A DNA stretch of 64,000 bases, taken from NCBI GenBank assembly GCA_026003395.1, contig BPHE01000009.1, forward strand, positions 5,528-69,527. Reading direction: 5' to 3'. Each line of letters starts with the position of its first letter. The first letter of the stretch is position 1. Source of the stretch: Vicingaceae bacterium (GTDB lineage Bacteria > Bacteroidota > Bacteroidia > Flavobacteriales_E > Vicingaceae). Positions 21,308 to 33,079 of this stretch are shown piece after piece. The position numbers were made by a program, and so were the translations under genes. The notes below the pieces were generated by a model. The model was not told the DNA's origin, did no database searches, and saw only the letters and a list, made by a program, of their open reading frames with translations.

Positions 21308-22402
21308 TTAGAAGTATCCACGAATGGTTATCCTGAAATTTCTTCCCGGGGCAGATATTCCCGAGGCAAAATGCCGGTAATTTTGATCAAGTATATTTTC
21401 TAAAGCTAATTGAATTTCGATGATTTTATTCAAATGGTAACCTGCGCGGGCATTGACGGTTATCCAGGCAGGCGTACCCCAAGGGGTGGCTTTGGATAAA
21501 TTGTCTTCACCAAACATGTTATAATCTTTCAAGCGTTTCCATCCGTTATAAATAAAAAAGATTTCACCTTTGAATTTATTTTTGTTGAGTCTAAAAGAGG
21601 TCATTCCGTATACAGGAGGAATATGATCGAGAGGGTAAGGGGTCGAGTCGGTTTTTATCCTTCCGTAAGTATAAGTTAAAGTGCTGCGTATGGAGAAATT
21701 TTCTGTAACATTTGCCTGCATAGAGGCCTGAAGGCCATAAATGAAAGCATTGAGGGCATTCTGGTTTGCCACAATCCGGCTCCAACGCCCGTCATAAAAT
21801 ATGGAATCCTGTCCGTTGAAAGTATAGGGAGCAGTGGTGATAAGATTATCATAATAGGTATAATAGGCGGTAGCTTCAAGGTATGTTTTTTCGATTTCGC
21901 GGCCTATGGTCAAATCTGCTGTGTAGGTATATTCGGGTTTTATGTTCGGGTTGGGCACAATCAAGAGTCCGGGCACCGATTCAAAAACCTTTCCAAGGTC
22001 ATCCACGTTTGGCGATCGAAATCCTGTGTTACCGGTCAAAGCAAATTTCCATTTGCCGGGAAGCCAGGTTACTCCAAGCATGCCACTTGGTGCATGATTT
22101 ACTTGATTTACAACATCAAATGGAAATGGGAAAAAGTTTTTGCTTTTGAATATAGATTTCAATTCAATGTAGTTATAACGGGATCCGGCATGAAGAGTCA
22201 GTATGTCATTGAATTTATAAGCATAATTCAAATAAATGGCAGCACTGTACCAATCGCTTCCTCCATCCGGATAACGGGTGTCCAACGAATCGGTTTCGCC
22301 CGTGATAATTATGTTGGTTGTCGTGGGCTTTAGACCAAACCTTATTGTAAACACCTTCGAGTCCGTAAAAAATTTTGTGTTTCTTGATTTTTTTGCTGAA
22401 AT
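21308..22402 (-). pseudogene. 5'-truncated copy of the TonB-dependent receptor (C-terminal part only)
   Basis: Matches the C-terminus of 26319-28724; cut by the duplication junction at 22402/22403; no signal peptide or plug domain. Confidence 0.9.
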
Positions 22403-24090
22403 ATTATAAAAAGTTTGTCAAGGAAGGATATGTTTTTGTAACCTTCAAATATGACGATAGTGACATAAAATACAAAAGCATAAATCAGCATCCAATAAAA
22501 CCAAAATGAAATATATTGTGTCAAATAAGGACCATAGCCATAAAAATCGGAATAAATGATGTCCGGAAAAGTGGGTAAGATGCCGGCCATATTGGATTTG
22601 ATGTGCAGGGAAGCTTTCAATACTGGTTGAAACGTAAGAATTAAAATCACTATTCCCATGGAAATGAACTTTTGCCCGGTCAATGCATGTAAGAAAAAAG
22701 ACAAAATGATTAACGCAATGAAATCGGTGAATTTAAAAAAGAAAATTTCCGTAAAATATATTGAAAATTCAATAGGAGCTTCTCCTTTGAAAGTTTGATA
22801 CAGGATACCGAACAATAAAAAGAAAATACCGCAGAATATATAAAGCAACATCAATGAAAACAATTTGCCGGTAAGGATAACCGCAGGAGACACCGGCAAA
22901 GAATATTTGATTTCGGAAAAGAAACTTGTTTTTTCACGCCAAAAGATTTCGGCCGACAAGTAGATAAAAAACAATTTTAAAATGAAAAAAACAAAGAAAA
23001 TTATTTTCAGCGTGTAATAAGTTGTGGCATATCTTGGGGCTTCATCATCCTGAATCATTCCGATGAAATACATAAGATACATCAGAAAAATAATTCCGGT
23101 CATGAATATCAAAACATTGCTGCGCAGCATGTATTTTAGACCCAAAGAGGCCTCATTGGCCACTGCAGATAACATCCATGAAAATCCTCCGGTTATTTTT
23201 GAAAATCGAATGGATTTATATTGAACTTGAATAAAAGACCGTATGGTTTTGCCGGAATCATTGCTGTCTGCTGTTTTTTTCGGAAGATTCCATCTGATTC
23301 TCTGTTTATATACGGCCATAAAAAATAAACCAATGCCCAATCCGCACCAAACAATCCTGTTAATTATAAATCTGGCGGTAGGCACGATCAAATAATGATT
23401 CATTTCATAAGCGGTCTGTTTATTCAGCAGTTCAAATAATGGAATCAATCCAAATGGGTCGGCAATGTCAATGAAAGAATGATCAATTAAATTATCGGAC
23501 AACTGCAAAAATGAAAAATAAAATGCCAGCATTCCGACGGCAATCAAGATGGAGTATTTGATATTTTTCAAAAAAGAGCCAAAGAAAAATAATATGCAAC
23601 CGATGGCGATCAAGCTGGGCAAGACAATGATGGTCATACACCACAAATGATGGGTGAGATTAAAAGGGAGTAAAGAATCTTCGGAAGTCCAAGGAACCAA
23701 ATGGGCCAAAATATCTGCCAAGGGAATCGAGGCAAAAATCATTATGACCGGTAGGAATGCTCCCAAAAACCTTCCGCTAAAAAGCACAAATTTTGATACA
23801 GGATAGGTATAGATGATTTCATGAAACTTATATTCGTAGTCACGGGCCAGTGAAAATGCAATAAATTCATTTAAAATCAAAGGCAGGAATAATGAGATAA
23901 GAATGTAGAGGTTTGTCAATGAATAAGGGGCATTTTTGTATACAACTTCTGTTACATTGCCAATTCGAATGGTTTCTATGCTGAAAATCAACAATGCAAA
24001 GAGCATGATAACAGAAAAATAAACATATACAGATGGTTTTTTAAACCAATACTTCCATTCGAAAGGTAATATGGAAACAATTTGTTTCAT
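22342..24090 (-). pseudogene. 3'-truncated copy of the ABC permease (M1 peptidase domain missing)
   Basis: Identical to the first ~560 aa of 15453-19079, then reads out of frame into receptor sequence at the junction. Confidence 0.9.
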
Positions 24091-24096
24091 CGTATT

Positions 24097-24963
24097 TTAT
24101 TCATTTACATTACACATATAGAAAAAAACATCTTCCAAATCGGGCTGTTTCGGCTTAAAATCTTTGCCGGGAAAATCTTCGGAAAAAATACTGATAAAAT
24201 GTTGCCCGTATTTTAGCTTATAAGACAGTATGTTGTATTGTTCAGACAAAGATTGAATTTCCGAACTTTCCACTTGTTTTTCGTAAACTTTGTTTTCTAT
24301 TAACTTTAAGGCATCTGCCGGAGAACCTTCAAATTTTACCCGGCCTTTGTGCAAAACTGCCATTTTGTTGCATAAATCCGAAATATCCTGGACGATATGG
24401 GTCGAAAATAAAACTATCCTTTCTTTAGCCACATCAGCCAGAATGTTTTGAAAACGGTTTCTTTCGGTTGGGTCTAAGCCGGCAGTAGGTTCGTCAACAA
24501 TCAATATTTTTGGGTCGCCCATTAATGCTTGTGCAATGCCAAACCGTTGACGCATACCTCCGGAAAAATCATACACATATCTGTTGCGATGTTCATACAA
24601 ATTTACCATATGCAACAACTGCCCGGCGATTTCCCTTCTTTTGTTTACAATTCCTTTCAAAACGGCAATGTGTGTAAGGAGTTCGATAGCAGTAGTTTTA
24701 GGATAAACACCAAATTCTTGTGGTAGATATCCGAGAATCGATTTGATTTTCCATGGTTTGTCGGTAACATTCTCGTCGTTCAAATATATTTCACCGCTGT
24801 CCGGGGCAATAAGTGTGCTTAAAATCCTCATCAATGTAGATTTTCCGGCACCATTGGGACCTAAAAGTCCAAACATTCCCGTGGTGAGTGTCAGCGAAAC
24901 ATTGTCTAATGCTTTTAAATTGTTTTGATAAGTTTTGCTGATTTGTTTAATTTCCAATTTCAT
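24097..24963 (-). CDS. ABC transporter ATP-binding protein (duplicate)
   Basis: Identical protein to 19086-19952. Confidence 0.93.
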   Translation of the reverse strand: MKLEIKQISKTYQNNLKALDNVSLTLTTGMFGLLGPNGAGKSTLMRILSTLIAPDSGEIYLNDENVTDKPWKIKSILGYLPQEFGVYPKTTAIELLTHIAVLKGIVNKRREIAGQLLHMVNLYEHRNRYVYDFSGGMRQRFGIAQALMGDPKILIVDEPTAGLDPTERNRFQNILADVAKERIVLFSTHIVQDISDLCNKMAVLHKGRVKFEGSPADALKLIENKVYEKQVESSEIQSLSEQYNILSYKLKYGQHFISIFSEDFPGKDFKPKQPDLEDVFFYMCNVNE

Positions 24964-25167
24964 GGGAAAAATTTTTATATTCTATAACATATTTATTTTA
25001 AATAGGATACATGCCCACATGTAGGGCGCGAAAATAAAAAAAAACAGTTTAAAAACCATGTTTTATGGTTAAATCATAAAAAAAACTTAGATTATGCATT
25101 TTTAACAATACATTGGCAGGCAATTCGGATAAATCTAAAATAAATTTTAATAATTTTCGCCCTCAAT

Positions 25168-26229
25168 ATGACAACAGAAGCAACTGATTTCAGGAAAATA
25201 TTTTCGGGGAAAAGGATATTTTTGGCTGTTTTTATCGGTTTGTTGGCATCATCTTATCTTGCGTATGATGGGCTAAGCAAAACTGACTGGAATGGCTATG
25301 ATTGGTCGGGAATGTCGCTATGGTCGTTATTGGTGGCGATATTGTTGATGATATTGCGTGATCTTGCCTATATGCTTAGAATAAGAGTCCTGACAGACGG
25401 AAAATTGTCCTGGAGACAGGCATTTGATGTGGTGATGTTATGGGAATTTGCCTCGTCGCTCACACCCAGCGTGGTGGGAGGATCGGGTTTTGCCATTTTT
25501 ATCTTAAATCAGGAAAAAATTCCACTTGGAAAAAGCACGGCAATTGTCATGGTTACGGCTTTTCTAGATGAATTGTTTTATGTCATCATGGTGCCTTTGG
25601 TGTTGATTTTCACCGGCACGCAAGAGCTTTTCCCTCTTAGTTTGCAAAAACAAATCTTAGGAGTGGAATTTGGCAGCAAGCAATTGTTTTATGTTGGTTA
25701 TGCGTTTATTTTGATATTGATAGGTGTGATTTTTTATGGTTTGTTTATTCGTCCGAAAGTCGTAAAATATTGGTTGGTCAAAATTTTTTCATTCAGGTTG
25801 CTCAGAAAATGGAGATATAAAGCACTCGAAACAGCCAATAATTTAATTATTACATCCATAGTATTGAAAGGAAAAAATTTTGGTTTCTGGTTGAAGGCGT
25901 TTTTTTATACCATTCTTTCATGGTCGGCACGTTTCTGGGTTGTAAACTTTATATTACAGGCCTTCAATCCTTCGTTAAACATAGCCGATCATCTGTTGAT
26001 TTATGCACGCCAATTGGTGATGTGGGTCATTTTGTTGATAAGTCCAACTCCCGGCGGAGCCGGAGTTGCCGAGATTTCTTTTTCGGGATTTCTGGAACAA
26101 TTTACTCCTGATGGTTTTGCTGCACTTCAAGCCACTTTATGGAGGGTTTTGAGCTATTATCCGTATATATTGATAGGAAGTATTTTGTTGCCCATCTGGT
26201 TAAGACGGGTGTTGGAACGTAAAAAATAA
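25168..26229 (+). CDS. LPG synthase TM / flippase-like protein (duplicate)
   Basis: Identical protein to 20157-21218; five synonymous nucleotide differences seen. Confidence 0.85.
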   Translation: MTTEATDFRKIFSGKRIFLAVFIGLLASSYLAYDGLSKTDWNGYDWSGMSLWSLLVAILLMILRDLAYMLRIRVLTDGKLSWRQAFDVVMLWEFASSLTPSVVGGSGFAIFILNQEKIPLGKSTAIVMVTAFLDELFYVIMVPLVLIFTGTQELFPLSLQKQILGVEFGSKQLFYVGYAFILILIGVIFYGLFIRPKVVKYWLVKIFSFRLLRKWRYKALETANNLIITSIVLKGKNFGFWLKAFFYTILSWSARFWVVNFILQAFNPSLNIADHLLIYARQLVMWVILLISPTPGGAGVAEISFSGFLEQFTPDGFAALQATLWRVLSYYPYILIGSILLPIWLRRVLERKK

Positions 26230-26318
26230 AAGCCCTTGAAATCAAGGGCTTTTATTGTCTTGAGTTTTTTGAAATTTTCAAAAAATCAATATAAGCATGT
26301 GTTCGTTTGAGACAATTT

Positions 26319-28724
26319 TTAGAAGTATCCACGAATGGTTATCCTGAAATTTCTTCCCGGGGCAGATATTCCCGAGGCAAAATGCCGGTAATTTTGATCA
26401 AGTATATTTTCTAAAGCTAATTGAATTTCGATGATTTTATTCAAATGGTAACCTGCGCGGGCATTGACGGTTATCCAGGCAGGCGTACCCCAAGGGGTGG
26501 CTTTGGATAAATTGTCTTCACCAAACATGTTATAATCTTTCAAGCGTTTCCATCCGTTATAAATAAAAAAGATTTCACCTTTGAATTTATTTTTGTTGAG
26601 TCTAAAAGAGGTCATTCCGTATACAGGAGGAATATGATCGAGAGGGTAAGGGGTCGAGTCGGTTTTTATCCTTCCGTAAGTATAAGTTAAAGTGCTGCGT
26701 ATGGAGAAATTTTCTGTAACATTTGCCTGCATAGAGGCCTGAAGGCCATAAATGAAAGCATTGAGGGCATTCTGGTTTGCCACAATCCGGCTCCAACGCC
26801 CGTCATAAAATATGGAATCCTGTCCGTTGAAAGTATAGGGAGCAGTGGTGATAAGATTATCATAATAGGTATAATAGGCGGTAGCTTCAAGGTATGTTTT
26901 TTCGATTTCGCGGCCTATGGTCAAATCTGCTGTGTAGGTATATTCGGGTTTTATGTTCGGGTTGGGCACAATCAAGAGTCCGGGCACCGATTCAAAAACC
27001 TTTCCAAGGTCATCCACGTTTGGCGATCGAAATCCTGTGTTACCGGTCAAAGCAAATTTCCATTTGCCGGGAAGCCAGGTTACTCCAAGCATGCCACTTG
27101 GTGCATGATTTACTTGATTTACAACATCAAATGGAAATGGGAAAAAGTTTTTGCTTTTGAATATAGATTTCAATTCAATGTAGTTATAACGGGATCCGGC
27201 ATGAAGAGTCAGTATGTCATTGAATTTATAAGCATAATTCAAATAAATGGCAGCACTGTACCAATCGCTTCCTCCATCGGGATAACGGGTATCCAATGAA
27301 TCGGTTTCGCCCGTGATAATATTGGTTGTATGAGCTTTAGACCAAACCTTATTGTAAACACCTTCGAGTCCGTAAAAAATTTTGTGTTTCTTGATTTTTT
27401 TGCTGAAATCTGCATTTAGCGCATAAACTTCAACATTTTCAATTCTGCTCTGAAGTTTAAGATTGTTTAAACGTCTTGTGTGACGGCTTTCTTCTATGTT
27501 TTGAAACGAAGTGGTAAGGGTGGCTTTATCCCACCATTTACCTTGTGTGTGTTCCAATTTATAGTATGTTAAGAGGCGTTTTTGCGGCCCATAATACCAT
27601 TCTGCATATCTGGGTAATCCTCCGGATGTTTGTTGCAGACGGTCGTATCTTGGGATGTTGCTTGATGTGGAATATTGGAAATTAAAGGTATGAGTGATGT
27701 TTGCGCTTTGTTTCCACATAATTTTTTGAAGCAGGTCATATTGTTTGTATCCGGACCCAACCTGTAGGTTTGGATTATTGTTTACAAAAACCGAATCTTT
27801 TCCTTCAATGGTTTTAACGTAAAAATTCCTGTACCAATCGGTGCCTAATGCATAGTTTCGATTGTTTCCTTGCATCAGGTCTCCAAAATCGGAATAAGTG
27901 AAGGAGGAAATCCAACCAAATTTATTGTTGGCAATCGAAAAGTCAATATGCCCGGTTTTCTCCTCGTTGGCGGTTGAATACCTGGTATAAGCACTTCCTT
28001 TGGTAATCCATTTTGAATCATTGGAAAATACTGGGTTTTTGGTTTGAAAAACCATCACTCCCCCCAACGCATCGCTTCCATATATTACCGATCCCGGGCC
28101 AAAGATTACTTCTGCCGATTGAAGCATGTTCGGATCAATCGTGATGACATTTTGTAAATGGCCTGAACGGTAAATGGCATTGTTCATTCTGATACCATCA
28201 ATCACCAACAACACACGGCTGGCTTCAAAACCTCTCAAAACGGGGCTGCCTCCGCCTTGTTGGGATTTCTGCACAAATACATCTCCGGTGTAGATTAACA
28301 TATCGGCCGTTGTTTGCGGGTTGTAAAAATTTATTTCTTCAGCTTCGATTTTTCTTATTTTTAAAGGGGACTCTTTTAAAGTTAGGGAATCGCGTTTGGG
28401 CGATATGACAAATGCTTCAAGATTGTAAACCTTTTCGTTTAACAAGATTTTAAAATTATTTTTCTCCAAATCTTCGTATGATACTGTAGCGGTAAAATAA
28501 GACAAATGTTTAATTTTGATTTGATCGCCTTTTTTCAGGCCAGTTAAGGTTATTTTACCTTTGTTGTCGGTGCTTCCTTGTAATACTTCATTAACATACA
28601 CATAAGCACCTGCCACAGGTTGCAGCGTGGCATTGTCCAATACGTTTATTTCTTGCCCAAAAGAGAATCCGGCAATAAAAACAAAAATACAAAACAATAT
28701 ATGGTTAAAATTTAATTTTTTCAT
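26319..28724 (-). CDS. TonB-dependent receptor, probably heme/hemoglobin type
   Basis: Signal peptide, carboxypeptidase-regulatory-like N-domain, plug (PVLRGF...VLLVIDG...GPGSVIYGSDALGG), FRSP and NPNI (FRAP/NPNL-like), terminal Phe. Confidence 0.9.
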   Translation of the reverse strand: MKKLNFNHILFCIFVFIAGFSFGQEINVLDNATLQPVAGAYVYVNEVLQGSTDNKGKITLTGLKKGDQIKIKHLSYFTATVSYEDLEKNNFKILLNEKVYNLEAFVISPKRDSLTLKESPLKIRKIEAEEINFYNPQTTADMLIYTGDVFVQKSQQGGGSPVLRGFEASRVLLVIDGIRMNNAIYRSGHLQNVITIDPNMLQSAEVIFGPGSVIYGSDALGGVMVFQTKNPVFSNDSKWITKGSAYTRYSTANEEKTGHIDFSIANNKFGWISSFTYSDFGDLMQGNNRNYALGTDWYRNFYVKTIEGKDSVFVNNNPNLQVGSGYKQYDLLQKIMWKQSANITHTFNFQYSTSSNIPRYDRLQQTSGGLPRYAEWYYGPQKRLLTYYKLEHTQGKWWDKATLTTSFQNIEESRHTRRLNNLKLQSRIENVEVYALNADFSKKIKKHKIFYGLEGVYNKVWSKAHTTNIITGETDSLDTRYPDGGSDWYSAAIYLNYAYKFNDILTLHAGSRYNYIELKSIFKSKNFFPFPFDVVNQVNHAPSGMLGVTWLPGKWKFALTGNTGFRSPNVDDLGKVFESVPGLLIVPNPNIKPEYTYTADLTIGREIEKTYLEATAYYTYYDNLITTAPYTFNGQDSIFYDGRWSRIVANQNALNAFIYGLQASMQANVTENFSIRSTLTYTYGRIKTDSTPYPLDHIPPVYGMTSFRLNKNKFKGEIFFIYNGWKRLKDYNMFGEDNLSKATPWGTPAWITVNARAGYHLNKIIEIQLALENILDQNYRHFASGISAPGRNFRITIRGYF

Positions 28725-28822
28725 AACTGATGATTTTAGAAATTACGAATAGAAATGAAAATTATGACCATAATAATCATAAGATCATCGGCCTTTAGAG
28801 ACGTTAGCATTGATCTGTCATG

Positions 28823-29375
28823 TTAAATCTCCGGCGGGGGTGAAAGGAGTTGCAATTGTATGGATTGATAAAATGTAGTTAAATACCCAAATGTTATAAG
28901 CATGCTTTTAATATGGAACTGAAAATTTTGTGTAAAATCAGACAACCAAAAAATTTCTGCGAAATTTTTTTGGCGCAACCGGATCAGACGGTAAGGACTG
29001 TTTGGTATCGTGCTGTAAAAGTTTTTTGAAATAATCTGTCAATGCTTTTTCTTTCTTATCCTCCAAACAAACGATTCGTATAAACTTTCCATCCTTGATG
29101 ATTTTGACTACATCATACATTTTACCGTCAAAACGGAATTCTTTGCCTTTTTCCTCCCAGGCAATGCGATTGAATTGATGAATGGAAAATATCAAACTTT
29201 TGGTTTCCCTGTGTGTTTTTCCAAATTTAACGGATTGTTGGAAGTTGTACCGCAGATATTTCCTTTGAATCCATAACAATCCCTCAAATCTCAGGTAGAA
29301 AAACAACAAGGCAGGAATGGAGATGGATAGAAGGAAGTATTTTTTGTATGATATCATGTTGCTAAATGACACCAA
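28823..29375 (-). CDS. Membrane-anchored hypothetical protein ending in SPPP (frameshifted at the T7 run 28965-28971)
   Basis: Track ORF is 28938-29375. Removing one base from the homopolymer extends it to ...[16 protein letters not shown] (stop 28823-28825). Core [13 protein letters not shown]...CLEDKKE. Confidence 0.7.
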
Positions 29376-30546
29376 GTTTTTTCCCTACTTTTTCAAAGGC
29401 GGCTATGGCTTTGTCAAGATGTTCGGTTTCGTGGGCAGCAGAAAGTTGTACTCTGATGCGTGCTTGTCCTTTTGGTACAACCGGGTAGAAAAATCCAATC
29501 ACGTAGATTCCTTCCTCCAATAAAGCATTAGCAAAATCTTGCGATAGTTTGGCATCGTAGACCATAATAGGTACAATGGCACTTTCGCCATCTTTGATGT
29601 CAAATCCCAGCGATCTAATCTTCTCTTTGAAATATTTTACGTTTCTTTCGAGTTTGTCACGTAGATGGGTTGTTTTCGAAAGCATGTCGAAAACGGCGAT
29701 TGAAGCTCCAACGATGTGAGGTGCCAAAGAGTTTGAGAAAAGATATGGCCTCGAACGTTGACGCAGCATTTCAATGATTTCCTTTCGTCCTGTGGTAAAA
29801 CCGCCCATGGCACCCCCAAGCGCTTTACCCAATGTGCCTGTGATAATATCGACGCGCCCCATGACATTTTTCAACTCGATGGTGCCACGTCCTGTAGGGC
29901 CTATAAAACCCGTAGCATGGCTTTCGTCAACCATTACAAGGGCATTGTACTTTTCGGCCAGGTCGCAAATTTTATCCAACGGAGCAACAAATCCGTCCAT
30001 AGAAAACACCCCGTCGGTGACAATGATTCTAAAACGGGCATCGGATGCTTCTTTCAATTTTGCTTCAAGGTCGTCCATGTCGCAATTTTTGTAGCGGTAT
30101 CGACGGGCTTTACATAATCTCACACCATCGATAATGGAGGCATGGTTTAATTCATCCGAAATTATTGCGTCTTGTTCGTTGAAAAGTGGTTCGAACACCC
30201 CCCCATTGGCATCAAAACAGGCAGCATATAAAATAGTGTCTTCGGTGCCTAAAAATTCTGCTATTTTACGCTCAAGTTCTTTGTGTATGTCTTGTGTACC
30301 GCAAATAAACCGGACACTGCTCATACCGTACCCACGGGAATCTAATGTGCGGTGGGCCGCTGCAATTACTTCAGGATGTGACGAAAGACCCAAATAATTG
30401 TTTGAGCAGAAGTTTAATACTTTCTTTCCTCCCACAATGATCTCAGCCCCTTGTTCCGATTCGATGATCCGCTCTTTTTTGAATAAACCCGATGCTTCAA
30501 TGGATTTCAGTTCGTTTTCCAAATATTGCTTAAAATTTCCGTACAT
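29362..30546 (-). CDS. kbl: Glycine C-acetyltransferase (2-amino-3-ketobutyrate CoA ligase)
   Basis: [50 protein letters not shown]. Confidence 0.96.
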   Translation of the reverse strand: MYGNFKQYLENELKSIEASGLFKKERIIESEQGAEIIVGGKKVLNFCSNNYLGLSSHPEVIAAAHRTLDSRGYGMSSVRFICGTQDIHKELERKIAEFLGTEDTILYAACFDANGGVFEPLFNEQDAIISDELNHASIIDGVRLCKARRYRYKNCDMDDLEAKLKEASDARFRIIVTDGVFSMDGFVAPLDKICDLAEKYNALVMVDESHATGFIGPTGRGTIELKNVMGRVDIITGTLGKALGGAMGGFTTGRKEIIEMLRQRSRPYLFSNSLAPHIVGASIAVFDMLSKTTHLRDKLERNVKYFKEKIRSLGFDIKDGESAIVPIMVYDAKLSQDFANALLEEGIYVIGFFYPVVPKGQARIRVQLSAAHETEHLDKAIAAFEKVGKKLGVI

Positions 30547-30614
30547 TCCTTTTTGTTTTTGGATATTTGCGTCAAATTTAAAAATATATTTGAATAACCG
30601 ACGTTCTGATACCT

Positions 30615-32374
30615 ATGATTAAATATTTTCTCCATAACCGTAATGTTTTATTGCTGCTTGTATTCAGTGTTTTTGCCATAAAGGTTGTAGCTCAAAAAGA
30701 ATACAAAATTTACCGTTCGAAATCAGGTATGATTAAGGCCGAGGGAAACTTGCTTAACGGCGTAGAGGATGGCCTTTGGAAATATTACGACGAAAAAGGG
30801 CGTTTATCCCAAATGATCCACTATGCCAATGGTGAATATCACGGTGAATTTATATCTTTTTATCCCGACAGCACGGTAAAAGAAAAAGGATAATTTCCGT
30901 TTCTCGATGAAGCACGGCCCATTTGTGACATTTTACACCGGAGGACAAAAAGCAGTTGAAGGATTTTATACCCGGGGATATAAAGACAGTGTATGGACCG
31001 AATATTTTGAAAACGGTAAAATACAAAAACAATATACTTTTCATTTGGACACGCTCGATGGTGAATATAAGGAATGGTATCCAAACGGGCAATTAAAATC
31101 AATCGTACTCTATAAAAAAGGGGGTGGAGTATCCTTTATATTTTTCTTCGCAGGATGGGAAAGTATTGTTAAATGAAGGCAACGGACAACTTATTGATTA
31201 TTACCCCAACGGAAAAATAAAGATTCATGCAACCTACCAAAATTCTTTGCCACATGGCAGGTTTTTGAAATACTTCGAAAATGGTCATACCATGACCGAC
31301 TGTCGGTTTAATGAAGGTAAACGGCATGGCGAATGCTTGACTTATTTCGAAAACGGAAACCTTTTCACAAAAGAGAATTATCTACATGACACTCTCAACG
31401 GGCCTGCTTTTGAATATCACGACAATGGTCAGTTGCATGTCAAAAAATTTTATTCGGCGGGTTTATTGAATGACACTTTCATCACTTATTTCAAAGACGG
31501 CAAAATTTCCACTTTGGGATTTTATAAAAACGGACTAAAAGAAGGGCATTGGCAATATTTTTTGCCTAACGGCAAATTGGATTTTGAAGGGGATTTTAAA
31601 GATGGAAAACGTCATGGACATTGGACATTTTATTTCCACAAAAACGGAAAGATTGAATGGGAGGGAGATTTTTTCGATGATAAGAAACATGGATTATTTA
31701 GGTATTATTATGAAAATGGGAATATTTGGAAAGAAGGAAAATATGTGAACGACCTAAAACAAGGTGTTTGGACTACCTGGAACGAAAACGGCATAAAAAT
31801 CATGGAAGGGCCGTTTGAAAATGGAAAAGAACATGGTCTATGGCGCTCTTGGTATGATTCCGGAAAGTTATTGCAGGAGGGGTATTTCGAACAAGGTTTG
31901 ATGCACGGTCCATGGAAAGGTTACTTCGAAAACGGACAATTGGAATTTCAAGGGCAATACAATCTTGGTAAAAAACACGGAGAATGGAAGTATTTTTATT
32001 CCGACGGCAAACCAAGAATTCTCGATACCTACGACAATGGCGTGCTGAACGGTTGGCATCAGGCATGGTTTGAAAACGGAAATATAGCGGAAATGGGATT
32101 GTATTATCAAAACAAACTTGATGGATTGTGGACCTATTTTTACGACAATGGGAAAAAAATGAGGGAAGCAAATTTTGTTCAAGGTCGTCAGGAAGGAAAA
32201 GTGACCACATGGTATCCATTTGGAGGCATAGAGTCGGAAATGAATTATAAGAATCATTTGCCTCACGGCAAATGGATTTATTATGGGAAAAAAAATGCAG
32301 AGGTGATTAAAATCATTGAATTTAAAAACGGTCAAAAAGTTAAAGAATATACCCCCGGTAAAAACAAAAATTAA
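30615..32374 (+). CDS. Exported MORN-variant repeat protein (YwqK-like), split by two +1 insertions
   Basis: Three consecutive ORFs of GxWxxYYENG repeats. Frames join by deleting one A near 30892 (GGATAATTTC to GGA TAT TTC) and one G at 31120-31124. Confidence 0.85.
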
Positions 32375-32406
32375 GAAAGCATGTAATCAATTACATGCTT
32401 TCTTAA
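32371..32406. terminator. Bidirectional terminator hairpin
   Basis: TTAAGAAAGCATGTAA-tcaa-TTACATGCTTTCTTAA perfect 16-bp stem between convergent genes. Confidence 0.8.
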
Positions 32407-32430
32407 AGAAACTATTGCAACAAAATTATT

Positions 32431-33079
32431 TTATTGTTCCAATTTTTTGTTGATTTTTTCCAAGCGTTGCTCAAATGAGGCATAGCGGTTTTGCTGGTCT
32501 TGGGTGAGTTGATCCATGATGTTTTTGCAATTCCATCTGTTTTTGCATAATTTTTTGAGACACTTCCATGTATTTTTGAATGGCTGAAGTATCTCCTTTA
32601 TCGATAAAGTCGTCAACATAATTTTCAAACTCATCCATCAACCTGTCAATGTCATTCAAAACAGCATCTATTTTATTAAATGCCCCTTGAATGTTGTTGT
32701 TGTTTTCTCCACATTGATAGGTGGCATCGCCAAAAGCCAGCATAGGGAAAAATATTACTGGAAGGAATATCAGGCCAATGGTAAATCCCACACTTTTGCC
32801 GAAGCATTTTGATAAATTATGATAAACAATTATGGCAACGATGATATTAACAATAGGAATAAAAAACAGAAGAATCCACCAAACCGGTTTTTTGACTATT
32901 TGCAGAAGTACCACCATGTTGTAAATGGGAACAATGGAAGCCCATCCGGGTTTACCGGCTTTTTCAAAAATTTTCCAATTAGACACGATCATTAATCCGG
33001 CTACGAATAACAAGAAAATTAATTGTGGCAAAGGCAACGAAGCTCCTGCTTCATTTAACAGAATAAATAATGTTTTCAT
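32431..33079 (-). CDS. DUF5684-family membrane protein with C-terminal helical domain (frameshift near 32522)
   Basis: WKIFEKAGKPGWASIVPIYN...FGKSVGFTIGL...LAFGDATY. Removing one A restores ...LQNIMDQLTQDQQNRYASFEQRLEKINKKLEQ*. Confidence 0.8.

Larger units (their letters stand above)
17392..22402. repeat. Tandem duplication, copy 1 (about 5,011 bp)
   Basis: Matches 22403-27409 at offset 5011 (ORF coordinates 19086/24097, 20157/25168, 21308/26319), with a few SNPs and a 4-nt indel patch near 22310-22326. Confidence 0.97.
22403..27409. repeat. Tandem duplication, copy 2
   Basis: Begins ATTATAAAAAGTTTG (matches 17392) and ends GCTGAAAT (matches 22402). Confidence 0.97.

Noticed and set aside
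22342..24090. Novel peptidase-less permease or permease-receptor chimera
   Set aside because: It is a by-product of the duplication junction; its last ~20 aa are out-of-frame receptor sequence.
17392..27409. Mobile element or DGR template/variable repeat pair
   Set aside because: There is no transposase, integrase or reverse transcriptase, and the differences are synonymous rather than adenine-specific.
30615..32374. Three-gene toxin-antitoxin operon, or stop-codon readthrough at TAA 30891
   Set aside because: The downstream repeats are in a different frame, so this is an insertion and not readthrough. It is one signal-peptide MORN protein, and no toxin gene is adjacent.
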